The notes beneath the pieces are model-generated. The model worked only from the letters and a program-made list of their open reading frames with translations, made no database searches and was not told the DNA's origin. The translations under genes and the position numbers were made by a program. A DNA stretch of 62,969 nt, filler included, from Asterionella formosa (taxonomy: Eukaryota): NCBI GenBank assembly GCA_002256025.1. It is 26 parts of 26 records of this genome, joined end to end, with 100 filler letters (N's around TTAATTAATTAA, not from the genome) between each part and the next. Parts side by side here need not be neighbours in the genome. Positions count along the whole stretch, not along the records: positions 1 to 1,077 come from NKIB01004494.1; positions 1,178 to 2,253 come from NKIB01004495.1; positions 2,354 to 3,429 come from NKIB01004496.1; positions 3,530 to 20,873 come from NKIB01004497.1; 22 more parts are not named here. The stretch is one strand, 5' to 3'. Below, piece by piece: positions 1 through 11,551 of this stretch (its first letter is position 1; each line of letters starts with the position of its first letter).

Positions 1-246
1 AAATCAATTGATGTTAATATATCCTTAGAAGTAAAACAAGAAACCGGAATTGGTCCCTGATATGTATGTGGAACATCATGTCCATCAATACAGTTATATA
101 TATCCCGCGTTACATTAACAGCGGTATCCATAGTGTATTCAACCTGTAAATAAACAATATTATTCAGGTGATGACTAACGTGAGATATACTCAACGAGTC
201 ATTATAAATAGCATCGCTATTATCGCACATACCTCTGTAATGGCGA

Positions 247-1077
247 TCAGCAATCTGCTGTTGTGTAGTAGGGACAAAAGTCACTAGCTGACCAGCAGGA
301 GGGTTCGTGACCACTGAAATTTCCTGGGCAGATGTATTCTCGGTAGGATCGGCACGTGGCACGGTACCCCAATGGAACAGGCACAGGGTTAGCAGTGTCA
401 GTATGATAGCTTTCCGTAGGATTGCTGTGTACACCGCCTCCACGACCACCAAAATGTCCTCGTCTACCGAAACTGGAACGGCCATATCCATTATGACGAC
501 CAGCCATACGACCTGCTCGACCACCTTGAGTACGAGGATTTTGGAAACAATTGCCCCAAGTATGTACACTTTCAGGATGTACCGGGCAAGGACCACGATA
601 ATCATGGTATGTACGACTGGCTTGTAGAGCTTGATGACGAACAGTTGCCTGACGATCCCATGCGCGTCCGGCTGCATTGACAATAGCACGCGCTCTTCCA
701 AGACCACTTGGAGTAAAATTATCCTTGTAGAATTGACGTCCGACACGCTCGTTTTCTTGATGCATCACACGATTGCCTTCAGCAATGCGAAGACGGTTCT
801 GTGTGATTGTTTGAAAACTGTTCTTGGGAAGATGCTTGTTTCGATCCTTAAACGATTGTTGACTCTCGAAGTAAGCGAGAACCGAGCGAATCGATTGGTC
901 TGAAGTCTTTGCATGATTTAATTCAAACTCTTGTTGCCACTCATCGGGCATAGAACGGATAATGATAATCCGTATATCTTCTTTTGACAATCCAACTTGA
1001 TCTTCTGGATGAGGCATTAGTTGAAGTAGCCTGTTTAAAGTTTTAATACGAGCTCCGTAATCCATTACCAACATGGA
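247..1077 (-). mobile_element. Gag-like ORF of a Gypsy-type LTR retrotransposon, C-terminal part (continues in contig 51327-52400)
   Basis: Motifs YGARIKTLNRLLQLMP and SMPDEWQQEF, knuckle CPVHPESVHTWGNC, and an RG-rich tail. Bases 1011-1077 are identical to 51327-51393. Confidence 0.65.
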
Positions 1078-1177
1078 NNNNNNNNNNNNNNNNNNNNNNN
1101 NNNNNNNNNNNNNNNNNNNNNTTAATTAATTAANNNNNNNNNNNNNNNNNNNNNNNNNNNNNNNNNNNNNNNNNNNN
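1078..1177. other. Artificial contig linker N44-TTAATTAATTAA-N44 (first of 25 in the window)
   Basis: The same 100-bp spacer with stops in all six frames recurs at 2254, 3430, 20874, 22050, 23226, 24402, 25578, 26754, 27930, 45355 and onward. Sequence on either side is unrelated. Confidence 0.98.
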
Positions 1178-2179
1178 AACATTTGATTGATATTCTGTTT
1201 TACAGTGCCTGCAATTCACAAACTATAACATCAAAGATACATGATGTTCATGGCGAAAATTCTTGGTCTTGAAAATAAAACTCACAACATTCGTGACAAT
1301 TGATTGTTCAATTTTAGCTAAGCGGGAACGACATTCTGATAATGCTGCTGACATAGAAGAATCTTGATAACCACGTATGGACGAGTTTTGAACCGAATTA
1401 TGACCTTTGCAGTGATTAAGTTCATTGACCAATTGATAATATCCTTTGGCAAGTGCAAAGTGTTTTCCCTCAGCTTGTCATGTACTCCTTGTTGGTCCAT
1501 ACATTAGAAAATTTATGATATGGAACCATATCATATATCTGTATCCGGGAGTTATTAAGGTATTATCGACAGGAGTCATTTTTCTTGTAGCAACAACTGA
1601 AGAAGAAACGTCATCGTCGCTTTCAGTATCAATGAGGGGATCCTGTGTAGCTGATGGTGTCACCGGCCGTGTATGATTGGGTAGTACCCCCACCAACTCC
1701 CTGTTGCCAATTGGGTTACTTTGAATAATTACCGATTCGCTTTTTCGTTGCGAACTCATTTTGGAACTTGCTTCTTTGTTCCATACCGGCAGTATTTGCC
1801 ACATGTTGCTTGTTTCCATGAACCTCTTTATGGTTTTTTGCAGACATTCTTGTAGGTAACTATTGTCGTTTTCAAAAGTTCGATGATCTTAAAATCATGT
1901 GTTGTTACATTGAAATGAATCATTAGGCACTACATCTAATATTTTACGCTTTATTGATACAATACCATAAGACCAACAGTGCTATTTATGTCAATTAAAT
2001 TTATAGTACATTAAAGCTATCCAATAATTGCACTCGGGCCCACCAAATAGATGGACACAATTAGTACCAGTTTTATTTGTCCATATGGTACAACGGGACC
2101 TGTCTAGACCAACAGTGCTATTTACATTATCATATACAACACCAGAACCGAGTTTGAGTAATAGCATATCTTGCTCTCA

Positions 2180-2253
2180 ATTTTACGATCATACAATCCT
2201 GAAAGTATGATGATTTACTGTCCCGCTGCAGTATCAACAGTCCTGAATATATG
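2180..2253 (+). repeat. Single copy of the ~92-bp repeat unit that is tandemly arrayed at 26000-26460
   Basis: ttttacgatcatacaatcctgaaagtatgatgatttactgtcccgctgcagtatcaacagtcctgaatatatg aligns to 26385-26455. Confidence 0.85.
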
Positions 2254-3018
2254 NNNNNNNNNNNNNNNNNNNNNNNNNNNNNNNNNNNNNNNNNNNNTTA
2301 ATTAATTAANNNNNNNNNNNNNNNNNNNNNNNNNNNNNNNNNNNNNNNNNNNNAAGAGTGTGAAACCATTGGTCATGTAGGCGTGGATCTCTGTGCACAA
2401 CACAAAATGTTCATATATAAAGCAAATTGTGTTATCCCATGCCGCTTCCGGTGTTTAATGATAGTAGCGCTACTCATGAAGGAAAGAAAGCTATTTGAAG
2501 CTGCATGGGAGGATGTTCTATTCTTGAGTAAAGCAACAGAATAATAACAACATGGTGGATGTGATTATAACATGCCAATCCAGGCGCAAAATATTATATA
2601 CCATAGGTTTAGGGTTTATGCTAATACTAGTCCTACAGGGTCTACCCGGTGGCCCCAAAAATTGCATCCAGCCATACAAGTTAATTCTATATGCTCACTG
2701 TCTTTGTAGCTACCAATAGAGTTGAATCTATCTACCAACATTCTCCTAAATTCACTGTGATCCTTCGATCCACTGGCTAGCACCTCTGTTGCTGAGTAGA
2801 TAGTATATCGAGATATACTACTTTTCAATAAGTCGAACTCCTTTCAGGTTAATCCACAACTTCCCTTTCAAGTCCATTGTAAACCTTTTCAAAGGATGCC
2901 TTCCACAAATGCTCCAGAACCTAGGTTTCTTTCCAATTCCTCTCACAGGGTCTGTATCTTTCTCCAACCTGTCTCCCTTAAATCCAATGGCCCAGTATGT
3001 TTAGAATGCCCTTCATAA

Positions 3019-3429
3019 GCAGATTGTCTCCGACAAATGATTTATAACAGAGCTTTGATAAAGAAAAATCGGAACCTATCCTTGAAAAAACTTAGCAATT
3101 CCTCCAAGGCACCAATCAACCACTTGTTTGGCTGCCATGACTATGCATCTCAAAGCACAAAAAGTATGCAAATGATGTGGAATGGAAATGTCAACAAACC
3201 AAATCATTCTGGAGGCAAAGGAGAAGCAATGAAAAGTTGATGCACAATACAAGTCACAATTTAAGAAGGAAAAGAAAAAACATGGTGCAAATGTTGAAAG
3301 TGTGAAACAAGAAAGGCATGACAATAAAATGGGTAAGACTTACAGACAATCTGGTGTGGCATTAGAAACAGATGCTTCCTCCCAGTATAATAATCAGCAA
3401 CACAAATTGACAATGCAAACATTGCGGCC
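3019..3429 (+). pseudogene. Degenerate DDE transposase remnant (Kolobok/Mutator-like type)
   Basis: ADCLRQ..IKKNR..KAPINHLFGCHDY resembles the H-x3/4-H-C signature of these transposases. YRQSGVALE and a CKHCG knuckle start follow. Several stops and frameshifts. Confidence 0.5.
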
Positions 3430-3529
3430 NNNNNNNNNNNNNNNNNNNNNNNNNNNNNNNNNNNNNNNNNNNNTTAATTAATTAANNNNNNNNNNNNNNN
3501 NNNNNNNNNNNNNNNNNNNNNNNNNNNNN

Positions 3530-4310
3530 TATAAATGTGATCTCCTGAACATCGTCGCAGTTCCGAATGCCGTAACAAGGCCGCAGCATCCGCTTCACCC
3601 ATCATGCGAGCAAAAATTCTCGAGTGGAGAGAAAGACGTGATGCTTCCTTGGCCAGTTCATCGCCACATAGTGACAGATTGAGAACCGACGATTTGGTCA
3701 ACACAACCCCTGCGTTCCGAGACTTGCAGTGGAAACTGGAAGCCAATCGTTCGAGTCCTCGACGTGAGTGTGCATGTGTGCACCAATGGGTGAGACCCTG
3801 GAATAGTTAGATTTGTGGGAAATAAAAGTGAGAAAGAGTCGTGACGTATGAATCTATGAATGAATTCAAGCTGTGACCAAGCAATGGACTCACCTGATCG
3901 TGCGGCACTAGTTGTAGTTTGCCATCATATTCAGTCTGTTTACTGCTCCGAACAGCCTTGCGCAACGCTTCATCTAGTCCAGACGTTAGACTTGGACAAC
4001 GACGCACTTCTTTGCAAATATTGCGAGCAGTATCTGAAAAGACTTCATAATCACTCAGACTCCACCACAAGGAACGCTTCTGATCTTCGTCTAGATCCCT
4101 GAGAGCTGCCACCTCGGCCACAATAGTGGGAGGGGCTGTATCAAAGCGAACTGTCCGTCTCGTCGTCGACTCTGCGTCGGCGATAATGACATGCGGATTC
4201 GTGTCATGTTCATCACTCTGACAAGTCAGCAGTTGTTGAGGTTTCTGCTCTCCTTCTCGCTGCTGAGAGGAGCACATTCTAGCCTCTTCGGAGTTCTCGA
4301 CGCTTCGCAT
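3530..4310 (-). CDS. Diatom-type hypothetical protein of the VRF...W[WY]...RGLE family; 2 exons (4310-3894, 3797-3530), 3' end at scaffold edge
   Basis: Exon 1 has RRTVRFD...SLWWSLSDY. Removing the GT-AG intron 3798-3893 gives an open frame GLTHWCTHAHSRRGLERLAS...FARMMGEADA. Confidence 0.8.
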
Positions 4311-7300
4311 AGTGATGTGAAAGAGGCAATGAGGCAGGAAAGCAGCCAGAGGGATCAATGCGCTTTGCAAATGATTGTGGGAATTATCTTGTTATCTTGT
4401 TGTATGGTTCTCTTCAGAACTTCTCAACTTGCAGCAGAAGAAATCACATAATTCATTGTTCGCAAACTGTATATCCCGGTAGTTACATACCGGTAATTTT
4501 ACCTGGTACTCCGAGTACCCTGGTATTAATAAAGAAAGGGCAGTCCCATCCAGGTCGTCGTCCATTGTTCGCATAAACTACCTATATAGGTTTACAAGTA
4601 CGCATGATTGTCTCAGGTCAAATTTTTTATGGTGACCGTTCTTTTGACGCTCGAAGGAACAGAGAATTTGACCTGCATAAATGATTTTCAGGGCAATAAT
4701 AGATGGGAACACACCGACCTTTGGATGGCGCAATTAAATATGGTCCGATTCAATAAGTAATTTCCATGAGCATGAGATTACTACCAGTATACCCACAATT
4801 TTAGTGATTTAAACCTGCACAAAACATATGCTGATTCGCGATTACCGGTACTCGATGACTCATTTTACTATGGACGCTACATATTTAGCTCGAGGAATGT
4901 ACATACTTATTGAAACGTAATAGATTATTGTTGTTCATCTATGTTGCATATGAATATTGTGTATTTTACTTATAAATGAGTACCGGTATATATATGAAGA
5001 ACAGCCTAACATTTACCAGTGTAGGTAAATAGGGCAGGCCTTCTGTTGAACGGAACAAATATATACGGCGGTAACAACTTCCACATCAGTGAATGAGCAC
5101 GCGATGCATAAATACCATTGAAGCAGTGGAGTCTTCTACAAACATCTCTGATTTTGCTTTATCAGTAAATACTGGCCTTCAGGGGAAGCCTACGATAGGA
5201 GCTATTTTTGCACACAATACCATCATACCAGTATGTACAGGCATATACGTAGCTATACGCACCGGTTGTATCTTTTTGGAAAATATCATTCACAGCAGTT
5301 TTTATTTCCGAATAGTGCTGAATACAAGACGACTGCGGTGCGACAGATGCTCCGAAGTTCCTTTTGCTGTGACAGGTGATTTGAAGTTTCGCCACGATAG
5401 AAACACAATAAGTGATTTGCTATTTTTTAGGTAGAGTTCGTTTTGCTGGAGCAAATTGGCACAACGCAAATAACAAATAAAGAGTTGGTGCAGGGATATA
5501 TAGATGTCGCTTACCTTAATTTCAATCGTATAAAACGCACGATGTTCTATTCATCAAGCAGTGGGATGGTGACAGCAAGTAAGGAAGTTGTCGTGGGTGT
5601 GTGGTGGGGGTGTGATTGGTGTGTTTTTCGAGACAAGAAGGATTGCCTTCTGGTAATAGCATTCTAGGCAATTTATCAAAATATCCTATATATACCGGTA
5701 ACCTATAGGTGCCACAATAACGATGGACGGAGTGTTCGGAAATGAAGTTGATGCACCGGTATTCTACTATACCGATAAGTTTGATGTGACCAATACATAA
5801 TATGATAAAGCCTTCATCTCCCAGTACAGTACATATACCAGTACCATTAGTCTACATACACTGCCAGAAACTTATGCACATCTACATTTCATCGTTTTCA
5901 CATGTAGAACTTAACAAGGCCGCAAGTAGGATCTAATTCGAGCAGATTGGCTGTGGACAGAAAAGTATGTTATGACTTCCAAACAAGCTTGTATGGCATT
6001 CAACTGTTGAGTCATTTACCACCATAGAGTTGGAAAAATTGAAGGAAATTCCCATCCTCCAGCAGCTACTCCTCCTTCTTAGCTAAACTGAATAGAACCC
6101 ATGGAGAATAGCATGAAGAAGAAGAAAAATGAAATTGCTGGTGCAGTTCTGGTTAAACAAGAACAGACCATGAACTTTCTAGAATGAATGAGAGCAGTGC
6201 CAAGGTGCTTTGCTAGAGTAAGCAGTCATAGGTATCATGGAATGAATCCATTGAATCAAAGAATCGCCATAACATATCATCGGAAAAGATTTATTGAGTC
6301 CTGATAGCTGATGGTGCTGGTGGGAGGAGCCACTTGGAGTATGTATTTGCATATTTCCATACAATATAAAGTAATAATAAAGTTTTCGCTAAATTGGAAA
6401 GGAAATTTCATGCTCGTGCACCCATAAACTACAGGTTTAAGTATTTCAAATGGTATGATTGGGATTCATATTCACTAGCAAAGGAATATTGGAGCACACC
6501 TCTGGTATCATCATTCAATGGTGAACAGGAACAGTAGTATGGTGATGAGTGACACAAATGACCAACATGTATGTGTGTGGCCAAACTTGAGTGAATTGAT
6601 TTATGGGAGGCTGCCAAGAACTGCTACCAGCAGCAGTATGTAAAGTTAGTATGTTTTATAGCCCATTCATAATCCCCTCTTTCAAGGCAAGTATTTCATT
6701 GTGCTACCTGCTGACAAGACCAGTGCTTCCCTAGTTTTGTTAGCATTGGTGAGTCCCCAACCACCTTTTGCGAAAGGTGATCATCTTAGCCGCAGCATTG
6801 TTAGGCAGGGGAAACTCCGACTGCCAAGGAAGGCGGCACCAGCTGCTTGTAGGAGGGCAACCCACTATTTCTTGCACACCAGGCAAGACCGTGCAGGACG
6901 GTAAGGAGTGTGTGAGTCGAACCCAACAGTTGCTTCTCAAAAAATTGTGGGAATCAAACCTCACAACCTCAGATCAAAGGCAACATGCTAAACCACTAAG
7001 CCATTCCCTTACCAGCAGTATGTATTTCCGACAGGGCACACAGTAGTAGAAGTAAACAATTGGTATAACTGCATTTCTCTGTGTATGGCGGCATATGCTT
7101 TCGTCGTGGTATGTTCAGCACTTATTTATATTTTGCTTATTATTTACCAGTGACATATTCCTGGTTCCAAAACCAATTTCACAACAACGCTAGCAATTTC
7201 TTACTCCAAACTAGGGTTTAGCATGAACAACAAACTTAATTCATTAATACAACATTATTGTTCATAGACAAATATATTAGATGTCAGGGACTAGCTTATT

Positions 7301-7797
7301 TGGTTACCTCACCTTTTGATGTGGCGGGTTTGATTGCCGCATTCTCTACCGGCTTTGTTTATGTATACAAGAATGTCATTACAGTCCGATACCACACTAC
7401 TAGCCTACCTCGTAGAAGGAAGGAGGTAGGAGAAACCACCACTTGACCAAGGAATCAATGTATCAATGCCGATTGGACCACAGAATAACTCTTTGTTGCA
7501 ATACACACCACCCGCAGCACCTAGATACTATCACTACCCAGAATACTACTCTGCCCTCTGGTTAGTAGTGATGAGAGAATGGCAGCTTAAGTTATTGCTG
7601 TATCCACAGCCCCCACCAATGGACAAAACGAGAAGTGAGCTAGCAATGATTGTAACAGGTACTCAAGGTTAGACTTCCTATTTAGTATAGTACTGGTATT
7701 ATTTTCCCACAAACAAAGGTAAGTCCCATCCTTTTTCTAACTCACTTACTATATAGATATGTACTAAGTTTGTACTGATTGTTTAAAACTACCCCAC

Positions 7798-9859
7798 TCA
7801 TCGTTTGTTTGGTGTTGCTACCCACTGCCACACATCACGTGGTTTGCCCTGTAACAGCTGATTTGTCTTATGGACACGATTGTCAAGACGAACGTCGGCC
7901 ACAACACGAGGCCAGACTTTGAGAATCAAGTAACTGCGTTCAGATTTAGATGTTGGATACAGATCCAAGGCGACTTCGTCTCGAAGGTGCAAAACAACAT
8001 GTTCCAGAGAATCGGCCATTAGTTTTTGGTATGCCAAATGACGGACATTGGCCACATCGGCCAAGAGTACTTGATATTCTGCTTTGCGTTGGCGATATCT
8101 GCGAAGGGCCAAAAGCACAATAAGACAGACCAATGAGACCCAAGGATACGNNNNNNNNNNNNNNNNNNNNNNNNNNNNNNNNNNNNNNNNNNNNNNNNNN
8201 NNNNNNNNNNNNNNNNNNNNNNNNNNNNNNNNNNNNNNNNNNNNNNNNNNNNNNNNNNNNNNNNNNNNNNNNNNNNNNNNNNNNNNNNNNNNNNNNNNNN
8301 NNNNNNNNNNNNNNNNNNNNNNNNNNNNNNNNNNNNNNNNNNNNNNNNNNNNNNNNNNNNNNNNNNNNNNNNNNNNNNNNNNNNNNNNNNNNNNNNNNNN
8401 NNNNNNNNNNNNNNNNNNNNNNNNNNNNNNNNNNNNNNNNNNNNNNNNNNNNNNNNNNNNNNNNNNNNNNNNNNNNNNNNNNNNNNNNNNNNNNNNNNNN
8501 NNNNNNNNNNNNNNNNNNNNNNNNNNNNNNNNNNNNNNNNNNNNNNNNNNNNNNNNCTAACTCACATCCCTGCAAGCCACACATGTCCTGAATAGTCCAG
8601 TTGAGCAACGTCGTCTGTACTTGTTGAAGTGTGATATTGGCCTCGTCAGTCAAGACACAGGCATCTCCTGAGGCAGCCACAATGTGAAATGAATCCAAAC
8701 ATGACCGAAGGGCCCCATCCGAGCACAACGCGTTGGCTGGACATTCCACCTGTTCCATGGATGCATCGCATGTGACGAGATCTTGAGTTGGTGGCTCCAT
8801 GTCGTGATTGGATCTGAAACAAGGCGGAATTTTCGTAGCTCCCGTGAGTGGCCCAACGTCAGCACCGATGTTTTTGTTAGAAATGGTGAATATTACTCCC
8901 AAGGCAACGGCGGTAATACCAACCAAGACGGAAAGGCAAATGGTCAAGAAAGGACGTTTCTTTCTTCCCTCTAAAGGAGTAAATGGTGGCAGTGGTTGTT
9001 CAAAGTGTGGTTGTGGCCGAGGAAGCAATGGCTCGTGAAAAATCGCTGCTGGCCGTCTACTGGGAGGCGGCATCTTTTGTGGTAAGACCAGTTGCTGCTG
9101 CGGTACATTGGTGATTCTGTATGCATTCGCTAGTACTTGTTGCTGCACTTTTCGCTCCAGCTCCGATTGTTCCTTGGCAATGTTAACTGTTGCTGCGTAG
9201 ACAGATGCTGCAATGGGATTCAATGACTCCGCAAAAGTCTCAGCAGGTATGATCTTCTTCTGTGCCCCAATGACTTCTTGAAAAATGGCTTCCTCGGCAG
9301 CATCTTGCATTTCCTCGTCATTAAATATTTCATCAGCGGTAGCAGTAGCAGTAACAGGGGGCTTGCTGTTGCGATGCTGAGAAGTGGGTACAGTAGTAGG
9401 AAACTTTATGCTACCTGGAAGTGACTGGTGCGCTTTAGTAGTACTAGCAATTGTCGGAACTTCCGACTTGATGGGTGACAGCTTGGTCTCTTCAGCCCAT
9501 TTCTTGGCTCGAAGTCTGGCTTCGAGGAGTTCTGCTTTCGGTTTCGGCTTTGTCAAAGTTGCAGCGTCCGCCGGAGCCAACTTGCGTCGCTTCGTGGGAG
9601 ATTTCAGGCGTTCCTCGATGGGATTCACCGCAGTGATTGCTGCTGCCTTGGTAGCTGTTGCTTTCGTCTTCGTCTTGTCCAGTTCGGCCCAAGCTCTTGC
9701 TCTTGCCCTGGCTTCATCACGAAGTTGCTTTTTGGATGCTTTTGTAGGTTTCTGTTTCTCGTCGTCATTGTTCAATAGCACATGTTTCACTACCTCTCCA
9801 CTGCCTCTTTCTTCTTCGTCTGGAGCCTTGCGTTTCCGTTGGTGTGCTGGAGATGGCAT
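7798..9859 (-). CDS. Man1/Src1 (LEM2/Heh-like) inner nuclear membrane protein, spanning the N gap 8151-8556
   Basis: Basic low-complexity N-terminus, TM helix, Cys-rich luminal segment (CPANALC), second TM after the gap, then an MSC/winged-helix-like tail HLRDEV..VWPRVVADVRLDNRV..VWQW. Confidence 0.75.
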
Positions 9860-10456
9860 GCTGGTAATAAGTAAGTTGATGGTTGGATACTTGTAGTATA
9901 GTCTACCGGTATAATCAGTCCATCAGATGGATGGCTGAAGCATTCTCGATTTTGTCGTTTGAAATTTCCAAGTTTGGCTTAGGCTTGTTGCTTTCAACCG
10001 TTACGTATCATTTGCATCTCAATATATGGAGTACTATCTGTATGTACATTTATGATACCTGTATGTATGTAGGTATTCTGCATTGCTGGTACAACTGTGT
10101 CGGGCTGGCTGTGGTACAGAACACATACACGAACACATACTCCGGCATATCAATTAAAGTCTCGAATATTTTAGTCTATCTAGTATGAAGGTACATCTCG
10201 GTGTAACATCCACCACACATTTCTTTTAAAACATATGAATTTACATACATCAATTCATATACACTTTTTGTTAAAAATCCGCTCATGTATATAAATGTGT
10301 TTCAAAAGATATAAGTGTATGAATGAATATATATATATTTCTTACACTAATAAATAGTTGTGCCTACGGTATTGATCATACATATACCGATATGACAATC
10401 TGTCGGTATGACTCCACCATTTCTTCGGATAGAATCAAGATTATGATCTTTTAGAC

Positions 10457-11002
10457 ATGACGATGACACTGCCCCGTTGCTCTTTTCTCCTACCGGTACT
10501 TTTACTGCTACTAGTAGTTTCTTCATCATCGTTTGTTTTTCAGGTTTATGCATGGGCACCACACACGAGGACAAAGACATTCCATCGTCGTGAACATGAA
10601 CTTAAACTTGTTGACACCACCTTGATGACTGCTGAAGCTGCCGACTCTTGGAGACAATACGTTCCTCTTGTTGTATCTGCTGCTGTTATTATGGACATTC
10701 TTTTGGGATCTCCAATGGCTAATGCTGTCATGGCACCTCTTCGTCCAAAAGATACAGTCGGTACCAACAACAAAGCATCGACTACCGGTACTACCAATCC
10801 CAAAGAACGAGTAGATACCTTGGCATTAGCGAATGCAGCTGTTGAACGAGCCAAGAATACATTGGAATTAAGAAGATATTTAGATGAGAATAAAACGGAT
10901 TGGCAAAAAATGGAAGATATTAAGAAGAAAATGGATACTGAAATGACAATCATTGATGCCACTTTGGAAAAACAAAAAAAGGAATTGGAGAAATTTGAGT
11001 AA
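10457..11002 (+). CDS. Hypothetical protein with signal peptide and probable plastid-targeting motif, one TM segment and a coiled-coil C-terminus
   Basis: 181-aa ORF with a hydrophobic N-terminus ending VYA-WAP (ASAFAP-like with W at +1), TM YVPLVVSAAVIMDILLG and a K/E-rich tail. Confidence 0.75.
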   Translation: MTMTLPRCSFLLPVLLLLLVVSSSSFVFQVYAWAPHTRTKTFHRREHELKLVDTTLMTAEAADSWRQYVPLVVSAAVIMDILLGSPMANAVMAPLRPKDTVGTNNKASTTGTTNPKERVDTLALANAAVERAKNTLELRRYLDENKTDWQKMEDIKKKMDTEMTIIDATLEKQKKELEKFE

Positions 11003-11551
11003 TAGGCAATACATGTAAGAATTTCATTTTAATAATAAATGGATTTAACATTAATTACGTGTTTGCAGGTATGCTATTCATAAGGCAACGTTAAGTATTA
11101 GACTTGTTATTGCCATGCCAGGTTTCAAAGGTAAACACAGAATTGTAATCATATTTTGCAAACAACTATATCAATAGACTAAATGGCTAGGTTTTCGAAC
11201 ATTATGTCTTGTTACCTGCTTTTTGAAGAAGCAAAATATCATTGATGCGCACCGACGACGGCACATCAAAATAATAGTCTGGTCTCGTGGAACCATCGGG
11301 GACACGGAGTATGGATCACAGAGGTGCTTCTTTCCCACTGCAAGCAATGCACCACGAGATTCTGCAGTCAAGGGATAATCATGGTCTCCATTTGAAAGCA
11401 ATGAGGACCTATAATATCTTATCGCTATTCGTATACGCGGCTGACATTCACACGGAAGGCGAAGAAATATTTGCCAACAATTTTTTTCCATGAAAGGAGA
11501 ATTTTCAGTGCCTGCTCCGTTGTAATGATGACTGTGTCAATCACCACAGTT

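Noticed and set aside
1178..1830. ORF fragments on contig 1178-2253
   Set aside because: Frameshifted pieces without assignable motifs; probably a decayed mobile element but not classifiable by eye.
5093..7672. Short ORFs between the RGLE-family gene and the Man1-like gene
   Set aside because: No motifs, many stops in all frames and footprint-like insertions; at most unrecognisable decayed sequence.
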